A stretch of 61,278 nt of DNA, filler included, from Callorhinchus milii (taxonomy: Eukaryota), in the NCBI RefSeq assembly GCF_018977255.1. It is 2 parts of 2 records of this genome, joined end to end, with 100 filler letters (N's around TTAATTAATTAA, not from the genome) between each part and the next. Parts side by side here need not be neighbours in the genome. Positions count along the whole stretch, not along the records: positions 30,695 to 61,278 come from NW_024705632.1; 1 more part is not named here. One strand, given 5' to 3'. Each line of letters starts with the position of its first letter. Positions within the stretch are counted from its first letter, which is position 1. A program made the translations under genes and the position numbers. The notes beneath the pieces are model-generated. The model was given only the letters and a program-made list of their open reading frames with translations. It ran no database searches and was not told the origin of the DNA. Below are positions 49,630-61,278 of this stretch, piece after piece.

Positions 49630-51090
49630 TCTGTCTCTGTGTGTCTCTCACTCTGCATGCATTTCTGTATCTCTCTCTGTCTTTGCCTCACTTTCTCTGA
49701 CTTTGTATATCTCTGTGTCGCTCTTTCTCTATGTATCCTGTATCTCTCTGTCTCCATGTGCCTGTGTATCTCAGTGTCTGTGCGGGCCTCTGTATCTCTC
49801 TGTCTTCCTGTATCTTTCGCAGTATGTAACTCTTTCTCTGTCTGTGGTGTTCTCTGTGCCCCTCTCTCTGCCTTTGTATGTGTCTCTATCTCTCTGTCTG
49901 TCTGTCCCTGTATCACTGTGCATCATTGTGTGTTTCTCTGAATATGTGCATACCTCTCTGTCTCTTTCTCTTTCTATCTCTCTCTCATTCTGCCTGTGTG
50001 TGTATCTCTCTGTCAATGTATATCCCTCTATCTGAATCTCTTTGTGTCTATGTATCTCTTTATCTTTCTTCCAGTCTGTGTGTGTTTTTATCTGTCTGTG
50101 AATCTCATTCTATCCCTGTGGTTTTTGTATTTCACTATTTCTGTATCTCCCTGTCTGTCTGCCAGTCTGTGTGTATTCGTCTGTGTTTCTCACTCTTTCT
50201 CTGTGTTTTGTATCTCATTCTCTCTCTCCCGCTCTTTCCCCCTCTCTGTGTCTCTCTGCTAGTCCTTGTGTATTGATCTGCCTATCTCACTCCGTCACTG
50301 TATTTCTCCATTTCTCTCTCTGTGTTTAGGGCGTTCTCTCGGTGTGAAAGGCACTGTTCGTTTGAAACGTTGTCGTTGAGTGGTTGTTTCTCTCTGTGTA
50401 TCCCTTTCTGTGTATTTCTCTCTTGCTGTCTATATGTACCTCTCTCTGTAGGTGTGAGTGTACCTCTCTGTCTGTGTCTCTGTCTCTCTATCTGTGTGTA
50501 TATTTGTCTCTTTCTGAGTGTGTTTATCCTTTTGTGCGAGTTTATCTCTGTCTCCATGAATCTCTCTGTTTCTCCCTGTGTCTCTGTCTCTCTAGCTGTG
50601 CTGTGTATCTCTCCGTGTCTTTCTGAGTGTTTTTTCATCAGTTTTTGTGTGTCCTTATCTCTCTTTGTGTCTGTGTTGGTGTGAATGTATCCCCTGTTGT
50701 TGGTTTGAAAGTATTGACAATTTCTCTTGCTATCCTTGCTCTTCTATTTTCCGTTGGGTTTACACCAGGCCTGGACAACATACACAGAGCGCTGTGTTCA
50801 AGGGCTGTATAAGCATAAGCATTGCATCCGGCGCAAAGGGCGCTGTATGAATACAACTTTTTTCCAGTTGTTATATCTATCTTTCCTTCTCTGTCCATCT
50901 GTTTCTCTGAATTTCTTTTCCTGTCTGTGTGTCTCTGCATCTTTCAGTCTCTCTATCTTTGTCTCCGTGTCTCTCTCTCTCTCTCTTTCTCTCAGTATGT
51001 GTTTCTGTGACTGTCTGTTTGTCTCTGTATCTTTCTGCTTATGTGTATCTGTATCTGTCTCTCTCTGTTTTACTGTATTTGAGTCTTTGC
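49630..51090. repeat. CT/GT-rich low-complexity tract
   Basis: Direct inspection. Confidence 0.9.
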
Positions 51091-51261
51091 GAGGCAGATT
51101 TCTCGCTTGGAATCCAAAAGATTAGGATTTGAGCTGGGAGAGATTTTGCCAATACCAAGTCCATTGCTGTCGATTTACACTATGTCAATTGTAGCAATGG
51201 ATTAAAAACAAGTTGTTGCATTGTGATGGTTATTTCTCTCTCTCTCTCTCTCTCTCTGTAG

Positions 51262-52169
51262 CGAACCTCGTGTCGATTGTGATCTTGTCTCGAGGGCGGT
51301 GCGGTCTCTCCAAATGTATCACTCACTATCTGGTGGCCATGTCAGTGGCTGATCTGATGGTGATTATCATATCAGTCATTTTTTATCGAGTTGTTCCTTT
51401 TTATTTCCGAATTTCGTTCGTGTTGATCACACCTGTGTGTGGAACATTAATGGCCCTGGCTGCGTCAGCTTCATCAATTTCTGTCTGGTTAACTGTGGCT
51501 TTTACCTTTGATCGATATGTGGCCATCTGTTGCCAAAATCTGAAAACAAAATATTGTTCCGAAAAAACTTCTGGTACAGTGATAGCGATATTGAGTGTGA
51601 TTTCCTTTGTGGTAAACATTCCCTGGGGTTTTGTAGTTGAACCACTGTATATATTTAATAATATGCCATGGGGGTGCAAACCTAAACCAAGCTATTTCAC
51701 TTCTCGGGCATGGGCAGCGTTTGATACGCTTAATTACACTTTAACCCCAATTCTCCCATTCGTTATTATTTTGCTGCTCAACGCCCTGACTGTCAGGCAC
51801 ATACTGGGGGCCAGTCGAGCCCGCAGGAGATTGCGGGGACACAGTAATGGGGACCGGAATAGAGATGTGAGCGACAGTGATCCAGAGATGAAGAACCGAA
51901 ATAAATCCATCATTTTACTCTTTGCTATTTCCACCAGTTTTGTAGTATTATGGGTTACATATGTTCTACATTTCTTATACTGGAGGATTTCAAAATCATA
52001 TTCCACCACAGTCACTTTGTATACTGCGCGGCACATTGGTGACATGCTGAAGCTTCTGAGTACCTGTACAAACACATTTATTTACGCGGTGACCCAGACG
52101 AAATTCAGGGAGGATTTAAGCAAAGTGGTGACATTTCCATTCATTCGAATAGTTAGTTTATTTCATTAA
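51262..52169 (+). CDS. GPR139/GPR142-like orphan GPCR, intact main coding exon (short first exon not located)
   Basis: Polypyrimidine tract and tag|CG acceptor; open frame NLVSIVIL..MSVADL..FTFDRYVAIC..PILPF..CTNTFIYAVTQTKFR..FH*. Confidence 0.92.
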
Positions 52170-53219
52170 AAAAACGTACTGACGACTACGATAACATGTT
52201 GGATGCATACAAATTTTAGAATGGTATAATGGTTGAATGCCTTGGACACCATCACTCTGCAGTCCTGGGTAAGCGAAATTTGGGAGATGTTTCGAAACGG
52301 TTAATCCATATGTCTGCAAATGTATGTCACTCTCTTCGAGTGTTCCGTGTGCTTGAGTACAGCTTTTTGTTTATGTCTCTTACACACTGTGTGTGAGAAT
52401 GTCTGTGTTTTTATATAGCTCAGTTGTGTGTTTGAATTTCTGTGTCACTGGATGTTGTGCGCATGTGTTGGAACCTGGAGCTATCGCTGTTCGCTCACTC
52501 TTACCACTCTTGCTTGAATACCAGCAGTCCTAATATCACATGTATTTGCGTGAGTGTATCCTTCATTCTCTCTCTGTGTCTACCACCATTCACAATCCCA
52601 TCCCTCCCCATAAACCAACCCCTCCACACCCACCAGGCTGGTGTCATATGAACGAATCTATACGATTATTAACTGTTAAAGAACGGAAATAAAACACTAT
52701 TTTTCATTCACTACATCAATTTTTACGTGGATTTATTCAAATGGGAGAACATACCGAAAGCAAACCAAATATTTTGTAATTTTAATAATAATATTATTAA
52801 TAATTCTTGTATTTGATGTAATCTCCTATCAGCTTGTTCAGATGTCCCAAAGTATGTGAAAGAATATATTATATAGTGGATTGACGGTATATTTTATGGG
52901 CGAAGCTTGGCAGACAATTGTGCACAGCAGTGCCTCATAACTGGTTATCGATTAAATGACCAATGTATCATTATTAACCAAAACAGAGGTATATAAGTGC
53001 ACTCTGCAGGTCAGGAGCACCTACGGAGATTGAAAAAAATTGGTCAATGTTTCGGGTCCGTGACGCTTCATCAGAAACGTGTCAGATCATCTTCGTTGAC
53101 ACACTCTCCGTTCTCCATCAATGCTGTCTGACATGTTGAGTATTCCCAGGGATCTCTGTTTTGTTTCAGATTTCAAGCACATGCAATACTTCAAGTTTCA
53201 TTCCTGGTTGTTTTTTTTA

Positions 53220-53420
53220 TTTCGGAAGGGATTACTATCCCAGAAAACGATAGATTAATCCAAAAGCAACCAGTATCGGACTTACTGCTAGGTAATTAGA
53301 AGCAAATGTGTGAAGTAAGGAAACTTGCCTGAGGTTTCGCCCTCTCCAGTCCCACCTGAGAATCGAACCCGGGTCCTCTCACTTCTGAGGCGAACGCTCT
53401 AACCACTGAAATATAGGACT
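53220..53420 (-). mobile_element. SINE 5' part
   Basis: GAATCGAACCCGGGTCCTCTCAC..GCTCTAACCACTGA is the reverse complement of the tRNA head. Confidence 0.75.
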
Positions 53421-53647
53421 GCAGAAATCGTGGAAAAATTAGATTGAATCAAAAGTATAGCTTTAAATAGAAGAGAACATTTCGATCAACCCAAATCAAC
53501 CTAAAAATAACCTTAACACATGCCAGTAATATCGCAAACTGCACCCATTTTAAACCACATTAAAAACTTTTCTGTGACAAGTTGTATTAGGGAATGAATA
53601 ATAATAATAATCCTTGCATTTGATACATCGCCTTTTCACGTCTTCGA

Positions 53648-56150
53648 GACAACAACAACAAGATTCCATTTATCGAGCGCCTTTCATGTCGGGAGGATGT
53701 CCCAAGGCTGTACAGTTGGGTCAGGCCCCGAGCAAGGAGGAAATGGTCAGGGTGAGTTGAGGGAAAGGAGGGAGCGAAGAGTGGGTAGAGAGTCGGGAGG
53801 GGACCTGAAGGCACGGTCAAACAGAAAGGTCTGGAGACCGGCCTTGAAGGAGGAAAGGGAGGAAGCAAGACGAAGGCACTGTGGGATGAGTTCCAGAGAC
53901 AAGGGGCTGAGAGGCTGAAGGCCAGAGTATCAGCAGCGTGAGGGGTGAGGTAGTGCCGTAGTCTGGCGATGTTCCGGAGGTGATGGAAGGCGGTGCCAGT
54001 TGTGGCGCGGGTATGAGGGAGAAAGGACAGCTCAGGGTCGAACAGAACCCCGAGGTTCCTGATGGCTTTGAGAGGTGGAGAGTGCAGCCTTGGATGCTGA
54101 TGCTGTCAGCGCCTGAGGTGCGGAGGCGCTGACGTGAGCCAATCAGGAGGGCCTCAGTTTTACGCACGTTGAGCTGGAGAATGTTGTCTCTCGTCCAGGA
54201 CTCAATGTCAGACAGGCAGCTGTCACGAGATCGTGGGTCTTGGAGTTGAGGGTAGAGGAGGAAAGGTCGAGTTGGGTGTCATTCGCACACATGTGGAAGT
54301 TAACCCCATGTCTGCGGATGATGTCGCCAAGGGGGAGCATATAGAGGGTGAAGAGGAGGAGACCGAGGACAGCGCCCTGAGGGACACCGCACGAGACATT
54401 GTGGGGGCTGGAGGAAAAGCCGTTCGTGGAAACAAAGTGAAGGCGGTGGGAGAGGTACGACCTAAACCACTCAAGGACAGGGCCTTGAAGGTTGAGGTGG
54501 GAGGACAAGCGGTGGAGGAGGATATCGTATCGAATGCTGCCGATAGGTCGAGGAGGACGAGGAGGCAGAGGGAGCCCTGGTCGCAGATAGTCAGGATGTC
54601 ATTGGTGACCTTGACCAGGGCGGTTTCTGTGCTTTGGGCAGCACGAAAACCCGACTGAAGGGTTTCGAATAATGATTGGGTGGAGAGTAAAGAGCGCTGC
54701 TGGGAGGCGACAACTCTTTTGAGGAACTTGTACAGGAAGGGGAGGTTGGAGATGGGCCGGTAGCTTCATAGATGCGACACATCAAGAGAGGGTTTTTTCA
54801 AGGTGGGAGGGATGGTGGCAGTTTTTAAGGGAATGGGAACAGAGCCAGAGGAGAGGGACAGGTTGACGATGTCTGTGATATGTGGGGCAAGGAGGTGGAG
54901 CTGGGAGATAGAGTGGATTGGGGATGGGGTCAAGGGAGCAGGTGGTGGGCTTCAGGGATAGGATGAGATAGGTGACAGAGGGTGGGGAAACGCGTACGAA
55001 ATTGTGTAGCGAAAATGGGTAGGAGTCGGAGCGGGGGTGGAAGGCGGTGGGTAGAGGTTGGAGGGGAAGTGACCGCGCAGCAGATTCCCTTGATTTTGGA
55101 TAGAAGGAAATCCATCATCTCCTCACAGTGAAGGTTGGAGGAGACGACCTGCGCGGAGGGGACGGAGGAGTCGGGATGTGGTAGAAAGCAGAAGCCTGGG
55201 GTTGTTCTTCGCCTCAAGGATTATCCTGGAGTAGAAGGACGACTTGGCCGAAGCCAGAGTGGAGCAGTAGATTTTGAGGAGGTCCAGCCAGATTTGTCGG
55301 TGGACCGTTAGGCCAGATTTGCGGGAGGTGCGTTCAGCGGCCCGCACCTGGTTCTTCAGTGAGCGGAGATGGGTGGTGAACCAGGGGGAGGAGCGAGAGT
55401 AGGAGACAGTACGGGAGGTGATGGAGGCAAGAGTTTCGAGTGTGGAGGAGAAGGTGTTGTGGAGGAGGGTGAGAGGAGAAGAGGGGTCAGTGAGGGTTCA
55501 AGCCCAGAGGGAGAGGAGTTCAGAGGACTCCAAGGCAGCGGTTAGGGATTGTGGGGGTAACTTATTCCAGGGGCGGTAGAAGATGGTGGTGGGTCTGGTG
55601 GAGATGGGGAGTGGGGTGGAGGTGGTGAAGGACATGAAGTGGTGATCGGAGACGGCCTTGTCGGTAATAGTGACATCCGAGACACGGAGGCCCCGGTGAT
55701 CACCAAGTCGAGTGGGTGGCCGTGACTGTGAGTGGGGGAGTTGATTTGGAGGGAGAGGTTGAGCGAGGAGAGCAGGGAAGAGAAGTCAGAGGAGATGGAG
55801 CAAGAGGGGGTGAAGTGCAGTTTAAAGTCGCCCAGGATGATGAGGCGATCAGAGCAGAGGCAGAGAGATGTAAGAAGTGTCGAAATATCGGAGATGAAGG
55901 TGGGAGAGGTTTTAGGGGGTCGGTAGATGAGGAGGATTTTGAGCGAGAGGAAGAAGGGGTCGGAGAGGCTGAGGTGCTCAAAAGAGGTGAAAGATCCAGA
56001 GGAGTAGGGGGATAGGGCAAGTGGTGTCCTTGAGATAAGGGATACACCACCACCACGGCGGTTGGGGCGAGGGATGTGGTGGGAGGTGTAGCCGGGTGGT
56101 GTGGCCTCCGTGAGGGGTAAGGTGTTACCTGGGGTGAGCCAGGTTTCCGT
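53648..56150 (-). mobile_element. L2 LINE, ~2.5 kb, APE endonuclease through RT and 3' end, frameshifted with internal deletion
   Basis: Minus strand TETWL, GGGV, ILLIYRPP, ILGDF, SDH; GVPQG, ANDTQL; (GTT)n tail. Confidence 0.92.
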
Positions 56151-56394
56151 TAAATAACAGTAAATACAGAGGGCTTTATGGGAATACTTGGAGTGACGGT
56201 GGAGGTTAAGGTACTCAAGAGAGGGGAAGGTTTCGGAAGAGTGAGCGGATAGGCCGAGTGTGGACCTGGAGATGGGAGCAACATCTCCACCACAGCTTTT
56301 ATGTCATGAGTTATGATGGACCTTGTAGCCGGACTGTGTGGCGTGAGGCAGGAGGTAGGTGGCGACTCGGGTGACCCGGATTTTGGTGAAGGCA

Positions 56395-57200
56395 AGAATG
56401 TTGATATTTCCATCGACAATGATGAGCGTTTTTCTGGAAAGAGCGGACCCCACACCCCACACCCATTTTCCTTCGTCCGATACTTCCAGTCCTCCAACTC
56501 CAAATGCAAGGAGATGATAGATTTCTTTACATCGCATAATGAGAGGATCTGTTCTGCTGCCTCTGCCACCGCCATCGTCTCCCACTTCCAATTTGCAGCT
56601 GAAACAGCTCCCCGCCAAATCTACAAACACCTTCAACCTGTCTTTCCACCAAACTCTCTCCTCTACAATCTCCTACACAAAATCCACAGGGTCTTTTTGA
56701 TCCAGCGCCACCCATCTCCTCACTCAAACCTTCACTTCCTTGACCCACGGTAGCAATGTTGTAAACTTCTCTCCGGCCATTGAAATTAAAACCCTGTCTT
56801 AACTTATCCACGTTCTCAAAATCCCATCCCATCTCCAACCTGCCTTTCTTGTACCAGTTATCGGATTGATTGTTGCTTGAATTTCCTTTTCTGATATGCA
56901 TGGAATCATAAAACCGTCCAGGAAAGAGGAGAGCATTCGGTCTATCTGGCTTGTTGAGATACCGACCCGTCGCGACCAACAAACCCACGCTCTTACCCCA
57001 TAGCTGTGCAAATTTTACTTTTTAAGTACATATCCAGTTCCATTTTGAAAGCTATTATCGAATCTGCTTCAACCACTCTTTCAGGCAGTGGATTCTAGAT
57101 GCTAACAGCTCTCTGGGTAAAGCACATGATCCCAATCTCTCCTCTGGTTATTTTACCAATTATCTTTAGTGTCCGATGGATACCGACCAATCCCGTCAGG
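56395..57200. mobile_element. Old L2 fragment (+, ~56395-56850) followed by CR1 3' end (-, ~56900-57200)
   Basis: KCKEMIDFFTSHNERICSA matches L2 HCEEMMDFLLSKIKGICCA; CR1-type 3' sequence. Confidence 0.6.
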
Positions 57201-59645
57201 GTTTTTCGAATTCGGGACAGTGTGGTAAATGGCGGGCCGACTAAAATTCTTCATTCAATTGATATTTATTAATATGAATTGGTAAACAAATTCATATCAA
57301 AATCAATCATATCAACAAATCAAATGATTCCCAATGACAAGTTAAAAAATTTCACGGGAATAAATTGAGCAGACAAACACGATCGCTTTGATGAAGAATC
57401 GGTTTGTTAATCCAGGCTGATTGTAGTACATCCCTCTTGCCTTCAGATTATTTGTGTTTAGGTATCCCACTCCAATAGCTCAGCTCTTCTCCCAAACTCA
57501 GCTCTTCTCCGTTTATTGAGACTGATTGATCTTGTAAAGACAAATGGCATTCAACCCCAATAAATCAGCTTCACAGTCAATCGATTCCTTGTGATACCGA
57601 TATCCAATATTTGTCAAAATCCATTCGCTTTATCAAGATTCCAACAGTTTGTTTTAATCAATTCTGAGTATCACAGATTCTATGACCATTGTGTAATAAA
57701 GAACAACGTTTTATCAACGGTGACGTTGAAACTTTGTTTTATGTAAGGATGCTTTAAACGTTCCCAACTGCATCTTTCCTGAAGGAATCAGACCCATGAG
57801 TCTCAGTGATTTTTCGTTGGTCAACTCAATCATCCCTGGTTTCTGGAAATGCTTGGAATTCCTTCTCTAGTAGGTCAAGTTAACGGCATAGTTAATCTGC
57901 TTTTGCCCGCGCTGCCTGTCACCTCCCTGTCGTTATTTCCACCAACCCTGTGTCAAACCGTGCCGCTGTCTGATGATCCAAGTCACTGACCCATATGAAC
58001 GTCATTTGTCCTCATCGTATGCACCCCAAATTTGCTGAAGTCTTTATGTACAAAAATCTTTTTAAAATTGCATTTCACCCGCAAAAAATACAGTCAGTTA
58101 ACTTGACAGCACATTCTGTGAAGTGCATTCAGATGTATCGACGGCGTGATAAGACTCCGTATCAAATGCAAGGATTATTTTTATTATTGAATCCTTTCTT
58201 AGTTTGACTTGGCACACAAAAGTACTTCATGCGATTATGTTACAAATGGTTGTAGATTTTAAAATGGGTGAAGTTTGCAATATTACTGGCATGTTTTATG
58301 ATTACTTTTAAATTAAATTGGGATGATCGATAGGTTCTTTTAAAATTAAACCAATTATTTTGATTCAAGCTAATTCAACCACGATTGTTGGTTTCCTGTA
58401 TTTATTGGTTCGACTTTTGCCTTGCGAGCGAGGGGACTCGAGTTTGATTCTCAGGTGGAACTGGGCGATATTTTAGGAAAGTTTCCTTACTACACACAAA
58501 TGCCTCTCTTTGCCGAGCAGTAACTCGGAAACCGGTTGTTAGTGGATTATGGATAATTTTCTGGGAGGCAATAATTCCTCCAGAAAGAAAAAAATAATAA
58601 ATTAAACGCAACATATTGCGGATGCTGGAATTCTGAAGTGGGTCAACTTAGATGAATAGTGAATTTCTGAAGACGGTTCATGGACATGTAACCTTGAACC
58701 CCTTTCCTTTCTCCATAGATGAGAGACCTGCTGAGTGTTCCTTGCAATCCCTGTTTTTGTTAATCATAATAATAAATTGGTCAACGACTGTTTACGGGGC
58801 ACTGCTGGCTGCAACGAATCACCCATCAAATATCGTCAATCCACTTCATCGTATATTATGTTATATGCCTCGAGAATTTTCAACAACCTGATAGGAGGCT
58901 ATAAAAAATACAAGAATTATTTATCTTATTATTAAAATTACAACATATTGATTAAATTTGGGGATATGATCGCATTTGAGTAAATCGTGCAGATTTTGAT
59001 GTAGTAAGTTAAAATATTGTTTTTTTTCCATTATTTAATAGTTAATAATTGTATAGATTCGTTCATACCACCAGCCCTGGTGGGCGGGGAAAGGGTGGTG
59101 GGGAGGGGGATGGTGGTAGACCGAGAGAGTGAATTAAAGATATACTGACACAGATACCGGATGTATTTCCACTGCTGATATTCAAGAGTGAGCAAACGGC
59201 GACGGCTGCAGTGTCTAACGCAATCCAACACAGTGATACACAGCGTCAAGCACACAAACACACTCATACACATTCATATAAAGTCAAACATACACACACT
59301 GAACTGTAAAGAATACAGACAGACACATTCACACAGGTGGAAAGAGAGACACTAAGATAATGCCGTACTCAAGCACAACATACATGTGAACAGGGAGTCA
59401 GACAAATGCAGACATATGGGATTAACCATCTCAAATCATTTTGCCAACGCTCCCTAACCGGGACTGTAGAGCGACAGTGTAGAATGAGTTCTACGCTATC
59501 TCCAACTGTGTCCCGAGAGTGTTGATGCACATGTAGAGAAAGCTTCACAATGTCTTTGACCCTGACCTGGGAGTGTGTATGTAAAGTCTACCATTTCCAG
59601 ATTTCTATGCATCCAACAGGTTATCGTAGTCATTGGCAAGGTTTG

Positions 59646-60559
59646 TTAATGAAATAATCTAACAATTAGAATGAATAAAAATGTGACCACTTTGCTGAGC
59701 TCCTTCCTGAATTTTGTCTGGGTCACCGCATAAACACAAGTGTTTGTGCAGGAACTCAAAAGCTTCAGCATATAACCAGTTTGCCGGCAAATATAAAAAG
59801 GATCATTTGGGTCATTGCTATTATATGTTTTTGAAATCCTCCAATATATAGAAAATGAAACATATGTCATCCATAAAAATATGAAACTGGTGGAAACAGC
59901 AAAGAGTAAAAATGATGGATTTCCTGTGGTTCTTCATCTCTGGATCACTGTCGCTCACATCTCTATTCCTGTCCCATTACTGTGTCCCCGCAATCACCTG
60001 CGGGCTCGACTGGCCACCAGTATGTGCCTGACAGTCAGGGCGTTGAGCAGCAGAATCATAATGAATGGGAGAATTGGGGTCGAAATATGATTAAGTGTGT
60101 CAAACGCTGCCCATGTGTGAGAAATGAAAAAGCTTGGTTTAGGTTCACACCAATGGTATATTATTAACTATGTACTCCGGCTCAACTACAAAACCCCAGT
60201 GAATATTTACCACAAACTAAATCACAATCAATATCGCCACCGCTGTACCAGAAATTTATTTGAAACAAAATTTTATTTTCAGAATTTGGCAACAGATGGC
60301 CACATATCATCGAAGGTAAAAGCCACAGTTAACCAGACAGAAATTGACGTTGCTGAAACAGCCAGAACCATCTGTACTCGACACACAGGTGTAATGGACA
60401 CGAACGAAATTCGGAAATAAGAAGGAATTAATCGAAAGAGAATCACTGATGTGATGATCACCATCAGATCAGCCACTGACATGGCCACCAGATAGTGAGT
60501 GATACATTTGGAGAGACCGCACCGCCCTCGAGACAGGATCACAATCGACACGAGGTTCG
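59646..60559 (-). pseudogene. GPR139-like pseudogene, inverted paralog of 51262-52169
   Basis: ANLVSIVILSRGRCGLSKCITHYLVAMSVADLMV identical to the intact copy; frameshift at FDRY and others; C-terminus CTNTCVYAVTQTKFR..LFH*. Confidence 0.93.
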
Positions 60560-60947
60560 CTACAAAGAGAGAGAAAGGGAACTGATCATCACAATGCAAC
60601 AACTTGCATTTACTTAATCCATTACTACAGATGACATAATGTAAATCGAAAGCACTGGACTTCCTGTTGGCAAAATCTCTCCCAGCTCAAATCCTAATCT
60701 TTTGCATTCAAAGCGAGGCGTCTCCAAACCTGCCTCGCAAAGACCCAATAACAGCAAAATAGAGAAAGACAGATACAGATCCACACAGATAGAAAGATAC
60801 AGAGATAGGGATAGAGAGAGAGAGTCAGATACAGATACACACAGACGGAAAAATAATAGAGAAACAGAAAGACAAAGAGAGAAGAAAGATGTAAGAAATG
60901 CAACCACTTGCAGTTATACAACGTCAGATGAGCATGCTTATGATTGT

Positions 60948-61262
60948 GGAGTCCTGTAGCTCAGTGGTTAGAGCACTCGCTTTGCAAGCGAGAGACCTGA
61001 GTTCAATTCCAGGCAGAGGGCGAAACCTTGGGCAAGTTTCCTTACTCCACACGCCGAATAAAAATCCCTCCAAAACCAAAAACATAAATAAAATTGGTCA
61101 TTTTCAATCTACGACTGTTTGTGGAACACTGCTGTGCGCAATTGGCTGCCGTGTTCGCCCACAAAAATACAGTCAATTCACTGTACAGTCTATTCTGTGA
61201 AGCGCTTTGGGACATCCTCCCGATGTGAAAAGCGCTATATAAAATGCAAGCAGTATTATTAT
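60948..61262 (+). mobile_element. Full-length tRNA-headed SINE
   Basis: Colinear and highly similar to 2448-2765. Confidence 0.9.
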
Positions 61263-61278
61263 GATCATATTATTACGC

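Noticed and set aside
50822..50890. YNFFPVVISIF as first exon of the intact GPCR
   Set aside because: No splice donor at the expected position; embedded in low-complexity sequence
49623..51132. Many Cys/Val/Ser/Leu ORFs
   Set aside because: Low-complexity CT/GT sequence
51213..51261. ORF-track N-terminus MLHCDGYFSLSLSLSV of the GPCR
   Set aside because: Intronic polypyrimidine tract with a non-ATG start; the exon begins at 51262

Overview
Repeat-rich vertebrate genomic DNA, most likely cartilaginous fish (chimaera/elephant-shark-like; inferred from the tRNA-Ala/Deu-type SINE, L2 and CR1 LINEs and the expanded GPR139-like family). Most ORFs in the track are artefacts of CT/GA microsatellites, SINEs and LINEs. 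Reading splice sites by hand gives: (1) a minus-strand 9-exon membrane receptor locus (16147-7545) with split leader, SRCR domain, LILR/IgSF1-type Ig domain, TM and a tail one base from an ITIM, apparently disabled; (2) a ~12 kb degenerate tandem array (~16750-28880) of 1.3-2.9 kb units, six of which carry an exon-like segment; (3) a RING-B-box-coiled-coil-PRY/SPRY TRIM pseudogene with a GC-rich upstream region built from ~170 bp repeats; (4) four GPR139/GPR142-like GPCR copies (one intact main exon, three disrupted), two of them in a ~2.7 kb inverted duplication; (5) two degenerate tRNA genes, many SINE/L2/CR1 copies, palindromic repeats with hammerhead-like cores, and an assembly gap. All family assignments are from recalled motifs; no searches were run. 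Repeat boundaries are approximate.
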